A DNA stretch of 32,000 nucleotides from Trichodesmium erythraeum IMS101 (GTDB lineage Bacteria; Cyanobacteriota; Cyanobacteriia; Cyanobacteriales; Microcoleaceae), in contig NC_008312.1 in the NCBI RefSeq assembly GCF_000014265.1, forward strand, positions 90,001-122,000. Direction: 5' to 3'. The translations under genes and the position numbers were made by a program. Below are positions 19,771 through 28,258 of the stretch, piece after piece; position 1 is the stretch's first letter; the number at the start of each line of letters is the position of its first letter. Below the pieces are notes generated by a model. The model worked only from the letters and a program-made list of their open reading frames with translations, was not told where the DNA came from and searched no databases.

Positions 19771-20394
19771 TTATTTTATGCCTAAATATTTGTGTAATTG
19801 TATAGATAGTCGGCAATGAGGATATTCCTGAAGTAATTTTTGGACTAATGGTAGAGTGAAATCACGGTTATACCACTCTGGTTGTAAGAAAACAGGAGTC
19901 TGATTCTTTAATAATAAAATCTTACTATAAAATTCTAATTCTTTACCTGTTTCTATAACCAATTTGATTTCTGAAGCTCTTGTCCACATTGACGGGACAA
20001 TTGGATATTTATGACTAATGTGTTCTTTAGGGCTAAGAGTTACCCAAGCGTTAGGGGAAATATTTTGCCAGTAGCAACCGGAGGTTTCAATAGAAACTTG
20101 TCTACCTGTCGCTTCTATTCTGTTTATTAAAGCTGGTAGTTGTTTATGAATAAAAGGTTCGCCACCAGAAATAACAACTCTAGGAGAAAATAACTCATTA
20201 ATTAACTTATCCAAAGTTTGAATTTGACGAGGTAAACTAATGCCTCCATCTGCATAACCAGTATCACAATAATGACAACCTACTGGGCAACCTGCAAGAC
20301 GAATAAAATCTACTGGTGTACCTGCCCAATAACCTTCTCCTTGAATAGTTTTTTGGAATGTTTCATGGATAGGAATAATTAAATTTTCTGTCAT
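19771..20394 (-). CDS. queE: 7-carboxy-7-deazaguanine synthase (radical SAM; queuosine/preQ0 pathway)
   Basis: From ATG 20394 it reads [45 protein letters not shown], which includes the CxxxCxxC cluster and the QGEG motif. The protein is 207 aa. The upstream MLVLCC... extension in the ORF track was not used. Confidence 0.9.
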   Translation of the reverse strand: MTENLIIPIHETFQKTIQGEGYWAGTPVDFIRLAGCPVGCHYCDTGYADGGISLPRQIQTLDKLINELFSPRVVISGGEPFIHKQLPALINRIEATGRQVSIETSGCYWQNISPNAWVTLSPKEHISHKYPIVPSMWTRASEIKLVIETGKELEFYSKILLLKNQTPVFLQPEWYNRDFTLPLVQKLLQEYPHCRLSIQLHKYLGIK

Positions 20395-20606
20395 TTTTAA
20401 GATTTTAAGAACTAGGGAGTAGGAATTAGAGAGTAGGGAAGATAGGCAGCAGAGAACAAGCAAAAAAATAAATATAAGTTGTCATTAACCTTGGCGCGCA
20501 ACTACACAAAATTATTGAAAAAGTACGATGTTTATACATAGATTAGATTTCAGTTTCTTGATAAGTATCATTTATTTTGTTTACCCATTTATATTAATTC
20601 CTGATT

Positions 20607-21539
20607 TTAATCAATTACAGGTTTAAGTTTTTCCTTTTCAATTGTTAATTTCTTCGGCACTATAACTGCTAAAGCTAAAGGAACTATTTGAAAATAAGCC
20701 GGAGTATAAGTGACAATTTCTCCATCAGTATTAATAGGACGAGGTTTCCGAGTATAAACATTAATAAAAGAAGCAGATAAAGAACGAAAACCAAAGCTTT
20801 CTTGATATTTTCCTTGCCATATAGAAGGTAAAATACCAACAAATTGCCAACAATATTTCACTTCTAAGCTATATAAATCTAGCCTTTGGTTGTCAATTGT
20901 AGCATCATGAGCGATAGTCATTCCACCTCCATAATGTCTGCCATTTCCTACGGCAACTTGTAAAGTCTTAACTATTCTTGATTCACCATTACAACTAATT
21001 TCTGCTGTAAAAGGGTGACTTTGTAAAATCATTTTAATGGCAGCAATAGCATAAGCTAGTACACCCCACCGAAGCTTTGCTTCTTTCGTTAAATGATTAG
21101 TAATATCTACACTTAATCCAATACTAGCAACATTGAAAAAATATTTACCATTGACTAAGCCTAAGTCTATATAACGTTTTTTACCAGTAGCGATCACTCG
21201 ACAAGCTTCAAATAAAGAAATAGGAATTCCTAAAGTTCTGGCTAAATCATTAGCTGTTCCTAATGGTAAAATTCCCAAAGGTAAACCTGTTTTAACCAGA
21301 GCATCTATGGCTAAATTTAATGTGCCATCCCCACCACCGATAATTATCAGATTTACCTGATTTTTATAGCTTTGAATAAAATAGTTAAAATCTTGGGGAA
21401 ATTCAACTTTTTTGTAGATAATTTCTAGCCCAAAATTTTGTAAGTAAGTTAAGGCTAAATGTAGATTTTTTTTAGCTTTTCTGGCATGAAAATTTACTAA
21501 TAAAAGAGCTTTTTTTGATTCTATTTTATTTAGATTCAT
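20607..21539 (-). CDS. Diacylglycerol-kinase-family lipid kinase (YegS/BmrU-like)
   Basis: 310-aa ORF with the GGGDGT nucleotide-binding motif (IIIGGGDGTLNLAI) and GILPLGTANDLAR. Confidence 0.85.
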   Translation of the reverse strand: MNLNKIESKKALLLVNFHARKAKKNLHLALTYLQNFGLEIIYKKVEFPQDFNYFIQSYKNQVNLIIIGGGDGTLNLAIDALVKTGLPLGILPLGTANDLARTLGIPISLFEACRVIATGKKRYIDLGLVNGKYFFNVASIGLSVDITNHLTKEAKLRWGVLAYAIAAIKMILQSHPFTAEISCNGESRIVKTLQVAVGNGRHYGGGMTIAHDATIDNQRLDLYSLEVKYCWQFVGILPSIWQGKYQESFGFRSLSASFINVYTRKPRPINTDGEIVTYTPAYFQIVPLALAVIVPKKLTIEKEKLKPVID

Positions 21540-21789
21540 AATTAAGTTTTGCTTAAAATGCAGAATATAAAATTATAAAGATTGATGATTATTTTGGCAA
21601 TTTTAATTTTAATTAAAAACCGTAATTTTATATTTTAATAAAGATATATTGCTAGTTGCTTTGTATCTAAAAATGCCAGAAATTATATATTTTTTGGAGA
21701 TATCTATTATATTTACTAAGATATTTTTGTCAAATTTTGTGATTATCCCTAAAAAACAATTTTTAATATGTTTAGACAAATAGTTGATT

Positions 21790-23261
21790 CAACCTGAGCA
21801 AAGTTTCACTATTGGAGCAATTCTTCTCTCGGCAGTAACTATTGATTTTTGAGAAGAACAAAAAAGGTGAGGCGCAAGTAACTTTGGTGCCGTCATAACT
21901 ATGATAGTAACATTTTTTCTGTCTAATTTAAGAATTAGACTGATTGATGTTCCTGCTGATAATATAGTTTGCTCTTTTATGGTTTTCTTTCTATTTCTAT
22001 TTCTCTACTTTAATTTCCATGTGAATCTGGGCAAGTTTTAATTTATTATTTTTATATTATTTGAAATTTTTTTTCTAGTAAACTACCATGTTTTTTGACT
22101 AATAGAAGTGAGTTATATAGGAAATTAGTTGGAACTTTATTGACTACTTATATAGGTGGATATATAGTTTTTTTATACTGCTCCAATTATTGAATTAAAT
22201 TTAGATTGTGCGATATTTTTTAGGTACAGTAACAACAGTAGATAATTTGACTATAACCTAGTTTTTTATATTGTTATTTACTTGACTTTATCGGAAACGG
22301 GTAAAACAAATTTTTGTTGGTAATAATTTGCTTTAAGATACAAGCTTTATAAAATAAAATGAAAGGAATTGTTATGAGTTACTAACACAATAATTATCGG
22401 TTATAGAAGTGAAGTTGCATTATTATTTATATAAGCTAATTAGGACTTAATGAATAGGTTTATAGGTGAGGGGGAGAATGCAAGGAGACACGATCTAATT
22501 GGAGCTGCACGGATAAATGGGAATTACAGAGTATGTAGTCGGAAGTATTTTGTTTCAATTGTTGTCCCTCTAATACTTTAATATCTTCTATTTTGAGCAA
22601 ATTATTGCAATATTATTGCACATTTTTTCCACAACAAAAGCTCTTAGTAATATTTAAGTAAATGGGTTGAGTTTTTTTCAGCGAACTGTAATTAGTTGAA
22701 CTCATAAGAATACTAATAATTTAGTTTTTATAGGTGTTTAATGAATTTGGCACGATTACTTAGATAAGTTAAGAATTAGCTATTAGTGGGATTTAGGTAT
22801 AATATTATGTTAGTTTTGCTAGTTTATTAGGCATTTGTAAGGTAACAATTTAATTCATCTATCTTTTTTAGTTTCTCTAGCCACAAAGTTTTCAAAATAT
22901 TTCTAAAAATCAAGAGTAGCAGATTAAATTAGTGCTTTGTTAATGCAGATATTTTTTTGCTGTAATTGGAGCTAGTGCTAATATCTGGAAAGTTATAGAA
23001 TTTGCACTAGTTGTATTTATTTTTCCTGGGGTAATTTTGACTGTTCATTTGCTTTTTATGTTACTAGCTAGTAAATTATTAAACTTATAATTAGCTGAGT
23101 TAGTTGTAGCAAGGAAATTTAGGATGCCCTACTACTGCTGCTATAGAATGGCAAAAGCAAAAAATTTTTATAAATTAGTTACTTTTGCCATTCTTTATCG
23201 TGTTTTTAGTTGTGCTTTAGCTAGTTTTGTTAAAGTTAATTTAGCTGATTTTTGGAATTAA
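21790..23261 (+). pseudogene. DUF819-type integral membrane protein pseudogene (heavily decayed)
   Basis: Broken frames read SLLEQFFSRQ*LLIFEKNKKGEAQVTLVPS near the 5' end. The 3' end reads GNLGCPTTAAIEWQKQKIFINLVTFAILYRVFSCALASFVKVNLADFWN*. The latter matches my recollection of the DUF819 C-terminal block N.GGPxTAAAMA..K.W..Lv.PgiL.Gv.GYa. There are many stops. Confidence 0.45.
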
Positions 23262-23288
23262 AAAATGTCTGACAAACTGAATTTATAT

Positions 23289-25082
23289 TTATTTTTGAAG
23301 CTGAAATTCATCAAATTTTACGACGTCAGAATTAGGTTTTCTAGTGTCAAAATAGTAACTACTAACTTTTCCTGTCTCTGTGTCAAAAATACTAAAAGCT
23401 GTAATATCATTACTAGCAATAAAAGCCTGATTTCTACCATTTTCATCTAGTAAAGGAGCAATAGTTGGAATTATTGCTTCTAAACCATTAGGATTACCAA
23501 CTTCAGGATATTTTTCCTGATAATTTAGAGGAATATTGCGCTTTGTATTTCCTAAATAAGCTCCATAACTATTACCCACATTTGATGTTTCTAGAAAATG
23601 CATTCCACCAGGACTAATAAAACGATTCCAAAGATGAGAATGCCCGTAAAATACTAACTGTACACCAGCAGTTTCTAATAATGGTAAAACATCTCGAATA
23701 ATATAGTCGTTTTGTTGGGGATATTCATAACGAATCATGGTAATTTTACCATTTTTATCTCTGTCAATATATTGGATAGGATTAGTATAAGCAGGAATAA
23801 TATTTTCGCCAAGAGAATGAGGCGGATGATGAAACATAACTATTTTATATTTTGCTTGTTTAAATTCCTGACTTGCTAGTTCTTTTTCTAGCCAATTATA
23901 TTGTTCGCTACCTTTAATAATAGGTTCAAAAATATGCTGACCGTAACCCCATTCAGCGGGATTATTAAAATCCTGTTTTCTTTCCCGATATTTGCCTCTA
24001 GCATTATCCTTTAAATGGGGCACTCGCCACATATTTGTGATATATAAAGCTACTAAATATATATCACCAAAAGTCAGGGCATAATAATTTTTTTTCTCTG
24101 AACTATTTTGAGGCAGACTAAAAATTTCTTGGTAAGTTTCTGTATTAAAAGAATTATTTTTTAGCCAGGTATCAGGGCTAATATTTTGAAATTTTTGTGG
24201 GTTTTGTTTATATAAATCTTTGGCAGCTTGCCTGGGATATGACTGACTAAATTGATAGTTCAAAGAAGTTTCCATGGAAAATATTCCCATAACTTCATGG
24301 TTTCCAATTGCTGGAAATAGAGGCATATTTTGGATTAATTTACCACCTTTATAAATAGTTTTTTTGCCATTTTTTTCTAATTCATAATTTGCCCTACCTT
24401 GGAGATTTGGAAAAAAAGCATTTCCTCGATTATCGTCAAACCATTCTGAGGCACGGTCGGGAATATTAACTAAATCTCCAGCAAAAAAAATAGCGTCTAA
24501 TTTATCAAAAGTTTCTGTTACTTTTTGGAGATTTGCTGAACTCATTGGTTTTAATTGATGATCGGAAGTTAGGAGAATTTTTAAAGGTGTACCTGGGGTT
24601 GGTTTAGGAGCAAGATGAAAAATTTTACTTTTTATATTTTCCCCATTTTCTCTTTCACTAATAACTCGGTATGGCACATAATTATTAGGAGTTAAACCAA
24701 TAACTTTGGCTTCATGTCGCCAGATATTTCGTACAATAGGTTGTTGATAAATTAAGCCTTTTTCTGTTTGTTTTCCGACAAAAGAATCTTGGTCTTCACG
24801 AGTACGACTAAGTTTAGTAGTATTTGCTTCAACAACTTGATTCAAGTTTTCACCATAAACAACAAGATTACGTTTGCCAGGAAATTCAGTAAACCAAACA
24901 ACTTGTATGGAATTTTTTGTGGGAACTTGGAGAAATGGGTCTGTTAAAAATTTGGATTGATATTCTAGAGAATACATAATTATAAATAGGAAAACAACAA
25001 CAATAATTAAGATACCAAAAATCCAGGGATTAAGATAATAATTTCTGGGATTTTCAAACAATTCTGGATCAGGATGGAACAT
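23289..25082 (-). CDS. Membrane-anchored metallophosphoesterase (calcineurin-like, purple-acid-phosphatase-type N-terminal domain)
   Basis: 597-aa ORF with an N-terminal TM helix (WIFGILIIVVVFLFIIMY). The phosphoesterase motifs are present in order: SDHQ, GDLVN, GNHE, HHPP and GHSHLW. Confidence 0.8.
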   Translation of the reverse strand: MFHPDPELFENPRNYYLNPWIFGILIIVVVFLFIIMYSLEYQSKFLTDPFLQVPTKNSIQVVWFTEFPGKRNLVVYGENLNQVVEANTTKLSRTREDQDSFVGKQTEKGLIYQQPIVRNIWRHEAKVIGLTPNNYVPYRVISERENGENIKSKIFHLAPKPTPGTPLKILLTSDHQLKPMSSANLQKVTETFDKLDAIFFAGDLVNIPDRASEWFDDNRGNAFFPNLQGRANYELEKNGKKTIYKGGKLIQNMPLFPAIGNHEVMGIFSMETSLNYQFSQSYPRQAAKDLYKQNPQKFQNISPDTWLKNNSFNTETYQEIFSLPQNSSEKKNYYALTFGDIYLVALYITNMWRVPHLKDNARGKYRERKQDFNNPAEWGYGQHIFEPIIKGSEQYNWLEKELASQEFKQAKYKIVMFHHPPHSLGENIIPAYTNPIQYIDRDKNGKITMIRYEYPQQNDYIIRDVLPLLETAGVQLVFYGHSHLWNRFISPGGMHFLETSNVGNSYGAYLGNTKRNIPLNYQEKYPEVGNPNGLEAIIPTIAPLLDENGRNQAFIASNDITAFSIFDTETGKVSSYYFDTRKPNSDVVKFDEFQLQK

Positions 25083-25131
25083 AGAAATAATAAATAATTA
25101 TAATGATGATTTTCTCTATATTTTCAATATT

Positions 25132-25994
25132 TTAATTAGATTGAATATAATTTTCAAAATTATCTTGAATTACTCTTTCATATTCAAAGGAAGGAATCTC
25201 AAATAGCCTATCTTGTACTTGCTCAGTTTTTACAGGATAATTTATCAATTTCTCTAATTTAAACGGATATCTAATCGGGCGATCGCTCAAGGCATATCTT
25301 ATTTATTGAATACTAGAAAGTTGACTGGCTCCATATACTTGAAGTTTCCCTTTTTCATAGCAAACACTAGCTTCAATTGTATACTAAAAAAGTCTAGCTA
25401 TTTCATGTTGTATATCTTGGTCATTAACATTTTTTCTAATTATATATTGATTGCCTAAATATTTTAAAAAGTTAGAATAAATTAGGAAAAAAAGTAAGGG
25501 AAGATGACCAAAAATATCATGCCAAAGATTGAGAAGTCGAGAAAAATTAATATCAGTATCCGATCTGATAAAAGTTGCTATGGCAAAATAACGATGAGAA
25601 AGCAGATAAAAAAATGTGTCTGCTTCTAATAATCCTATAACTGGCCATAATTGCTATCCAATTTGTTCTTGTAAAAAGTCTGAAAGATGATTAATATTAG
25701 GAATATCTTGAATCAAATTTTTGATTTTTGCTAAACCTGCAATAAATTTTTCATTGCTCGACTTTCAATAGTTTCTAATTGTGTATTTAAAGGTTGTTTC
25801 CAATTACGATGGGCTTGGGTTTTATACTGATAAAAGTTCTTTTCCAGCAATAAATTTTTCATTGCTCGACTTTCAATAGTTTCTAATTGTGTATTTAAAA
25901 GTTGTTTCCAATTACGATGGGCTTGGGTTTTATACTCATAAAAGTTCTTTTCCAGCCTTTCATAAAGTAATTTTTCCAAAGTTATGGATTGCAT
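25132..25994 (-). pseudogene. phhA: Phenylalanine-4-hydroxylase pseudogene
   Basis: The minus strand reads ...HRNWKQLLNTQLETIESRAMKNLL..GLAKIKNLIQDIPNINHLSDFLQEQIG*QLWPVIGLLEADTFFYLLSHRYFAIATFIRSDTDINF..LWHDIFGHLPLL, and later LQVYGASQLSS. This is the aromatic amino-acid hydroxylase catalytic core, including HDxFGH. It has in-frame stops, frameshifts and a 108-bp internal duplication. Confidence 0.75.
25739..25954. repeat. 2 x 108-bp tandem duplication inside the phhA pseudogene
   Basis: GCAATAAATTTTTCATTGCTCGACTTTCAATAG... begins at 25739 and again at 25847. It encodes the duplicated EKNFY[E/Q]YKTQAHRNWKQ[L/P]LNTQLETIESRAMKNLL. Confidence 0.9.
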
Positions 25995-26113
25995 ATTTAC
26001 TTCTATTAAGTTATTCTGACTTGAACTACAATTATAAATTTATAGTCAAAATATGATCAAAAAAATGCTTTGTAAACTACTAGTAAATTTGTTATAAACA
26101 GGAGCTTGCTTTG

Positions 26114-26977
26114 ATGAAAAAAAGTATAAAACCAAGCTATAAACTACACAAAAATTTTCGCTTACCAATGGGATTTACTCCAGAAAATTTTGACTCTGGA
26201 ATTACATATCAAGCTCAAGAAAAAGATACTTTTATTGTTACTTATCCTAAATGCGGAACAACTTGGACTCAACATATTATTTGGATGTTATCCCACGATG
26301 GAAAACCATTACCTTTAGATAAAAATATTAATTTAGAAGTTCCTCATTTGGAAGAAGTCGGAGGTGATTTTGTTAAATATTTATCGAAACCTCGTTTTAT
26401 AAAAACTCATTTAACTTATAATTTAACTCCCTATAATCCTGATACAAAATACATTTATGTAGCTCGTAATCCTTTTGACTGTGCTGTTTCTTTTTATTAT
26501 CATACTCAAGGATTTATCAAACATTATGATTTTGCTGAAGGTACATTTGATGATTTTTTTGAATGTTTTATTACTGGAGAAGTAGACTGGGGAGATTACT
26601 TCGATCATTTGCTTTCTTGGGTTCAACATAAAAATGATCAAAATGTTCTGTTTCTAACTTATGAATCTATGAAAAATGACCCGAAAATGAATATTATTGC
26701 TATGGCAAAATTTTTAGGTGATAATTATCTAGAAAAAATCGAAAATCTACAAATTCTAGAAAGCATTCTTCATCATACAAGTTTTACTAGTATGAGCCAA
26801 AATCAAAGTCGTTGGTCTAGTCAACGTCCTGTTAATATGACTCCATTTATTCGTCAAGGAAAGGTGGGAGATTGGAGGTCACATTTTTCAGTTTCTCAAA
26901 CTCAGAGATTAAGTCAAAAATTGAGGATGAAAACTGCTGGTACTGAAGCTGAAAATTTATGGCAAATTCCTGAATAG
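26114..26977 (+). CDS. PAPS-dependent sulfotransferase (Sulfotransfer_1-type)
   Basis: 287 aa from ATG 26114, with AGGAG 9 nt upstream. It has the 5'-PSB motif YPKCGTTW, the 3'-PB motif ARNPFD, and a C-terminal RQGKVGDWRSHF (RKGxxGDWKxxF type). Confidence 0.85.
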   Translation: MKKSIKPSYKLHKNFRLPMGFTPENFDSGITYQAQEKDTFIVTYPKCGTTWTQHIIWMLSHDGKPLPLDKNINLEVPHLEEVGGDFVKYLSKPRFIKTHLTYNLTPYNPDTKYIYVARNPFDCAVSFYYHTQGFIKHYDFAEGTFDDFFECFITGEVDWGDYFDHLLSWVQHKNDQNVLFLTYESMKNDPKMNIIAMAKFLGDNYLEKIENLQILESILHHTSFTSMSQNQSRWSSQRPVNMTPFIRQGKVGDWRSHFSVSQTQRLSQKLRMKTAGTEAENLWQIPE

Positions 26978-27020
26978 TTATGATTTTTATTCATAGAAAA
27001 GTAAGGTAATAATAAATTGT

Positions 27021-27106
27021 ATTTTTCAGTTTATTAAACTCAGAGATTAAATCAAAGGTTGAGGATTATAAATGCTGGTGCTAAGGCTAAAAATTTATGG
27101 TAAATT
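27021..27106 (+). repeat. Decayed duplicate of the last ~87 bp of the sulfotransferase gene
   Basis: ATTTTTCAGTTTATTAAACTCAGAGATTAAATCAAAGGTTGAGGATTATAAATGCTGGTGCTAAGGCTAAAAATTTATGGTAAATTT aligns to 26882-26968, an offset of 139 bp. Confidence 0.8.
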
Positions 27107-27210
27107 TATAAACAATTCGTAAAAAATGCTCATAAATAATAAAAATAATTTCTCAAAATTAACTAATATAATTTTTTTTAAAAAAATGGTTTTTTTTGAT
27201 ATGATTAAAT

Positions 27211-27774
27211 CTAAAAATTTGGGTAATAAATTTAATTAAAAAAATGGTTAATCAATATAAAATAATTACTAATTATTAGTATTGATTGATGATTTATGGT
27301 TACTATAACTATGATGATAGAGCTAAACTAATATACTTAATTGTAGGTAATAATTGTCATATTTTGAACTAGGAGTAGGAACGGGATTACTTGCAGAAAA
27401 GTACATGAAACTTGACAATACTTGTGAGTTTACGGGGGTTGATATTACACTATGGTTTCTGTAAATTACTAAAAAATGTTTGGGAAATAAAGCTAAAAAT
27501 TTGGGTAATAAATTTAATTAAAAAAATGGTTAATCAATATAAAATAATTACTAATTATTAGTATTGATTGATGATTTATGGTTACTATAACTATGATGAT
27601 AGAGCTAAACTAAGATACTTAATTGTAGGTAATAATTGTCATATTTTGAACTAGGAGTAGGAACGGGATTACTTGCAGAAAAGTACATGAAACTTGACAA
27701 TACTTGTGAGTTTACGGGGGTTGATATTACACTATCGTTTATGTAAATTACTAAAAAATGTTTGGGAAATAAAG
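27211..27774. repeat. 2 x 282-bp tandem duplication
   Basis: CTAAAAATTTGGGTAATAAATTTAATTAAAAAAATGGTTAATC... starts at 27211 and again at 27493. The two copies differ at a few positions. Confidence 0.9.
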
Positions 27775-28167
27775 CTAAGTTAATTGTAGCTGATGCTCTA
27801 ACAATGGAACTAAATACAACTTTTGATGTTGCTATATCAAATTGAGGAGTTTGGCTATTTGTTAGTTGTGGCGATCGCTTAGAGTTAGTCAGTCATATTC
27901 CTGATGTTGAAACTAACTATTAATAACTCAAAAATTTAGTTGGTCATTTACGAAAAGGAGGTTCATTTTTTGAAATATACAAAAGTTTGGAATTGATATC
28001 GTAAAAAAAAGCTATTGCCTTAAGAAAAGGCTGAATTTTTAGCTCAAGAAAAAGTAACTATTATCTTGTTTAAGTTGGATACTTATCAGAAATCATTCAA
28101 TGAAGTAGGGTTTGATTTTCAAGGTATTAATAATGATAAAAGCTTGGTAATCTACAACAATAAATAG
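27211..28167 (+). pseudogene. Class I SAM-dependent methyltransferase pseudogene (5' part tandemly duplicated)
   Basis: Reads ILELGVGTGLLAEKYMKLDNTCEFTGVDITLSFM*ITKKCLGNKAKLIVADALTMELNTTFDVAISN*GVWLF...LVGHLRKGGSFF. This is the motif I E/DxGxGxG with the post-I and motif II/III layout. It has stops and frameshifts and ends at 28165-28167. Confidence 0.65.
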
Positions 28168-28258
28168 ATCTACTAGACAGTAGATATCTTACCTAAAGCA
28201 CGAAAAGATTATCAAATCCTTATCCTACCATTTAAAACTTAGTATTTTTTGGAAATGT

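Larger units (their letters stand above)
13681..20440. repeat. Tandem array of seven ~973-bp units (A-G), each a spacer plus a queE relic, with the intact queE in unit G
   Basis: The landmark GTAAAAA[A/C]TGGGTTTTTGCAAAAG occurs at 13708, 14671, 15513, 16486, 17459, 18432 and 19405, giving spacings of 963, 842, 973, 973, 973 and 973. The queE-type stop codons at 14064, 15037, 15879, 16852, 17825, 18798 and 19771 are in the same register. Confidence 0.95.

Noticed and set aside
13681-20440. The regular repeat array might be a CRISPR locus.
   Set aside because: The period is ~973 bp and whole units are homologous to each other. There is no 25-40-bp repeat alternating with unique spacers, and no cas genes lie in the window.
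20395-20463. The N-terminal extension [23 protein letters not shown] of the queE ORF.
   Set aside because: The canonical QueE N-terminus ([19 protein letters not shown]) starts at ATG 20394. The extension is translated leader sequence.
20395-20480. A preQ1 riboswitch in the queE leader, given the A-rich tail CTTAAAATCTTAAAAATG.
   Set aside because: The leader RNA is almost purely pyrimidine (CUUGUUCUCUGCUGCCUAUCUUCCCUACUCUCUAAUUCCUACUCCCUAG). It has no complementary purine arm to form the P1 stem.
22545-22575. The CRISPR-repeat-like string GTTTCAATTGTTGTCCCTC.
   Set aside because: It occurs once only in the window, inside the DUF819 relic, and has no array structure.
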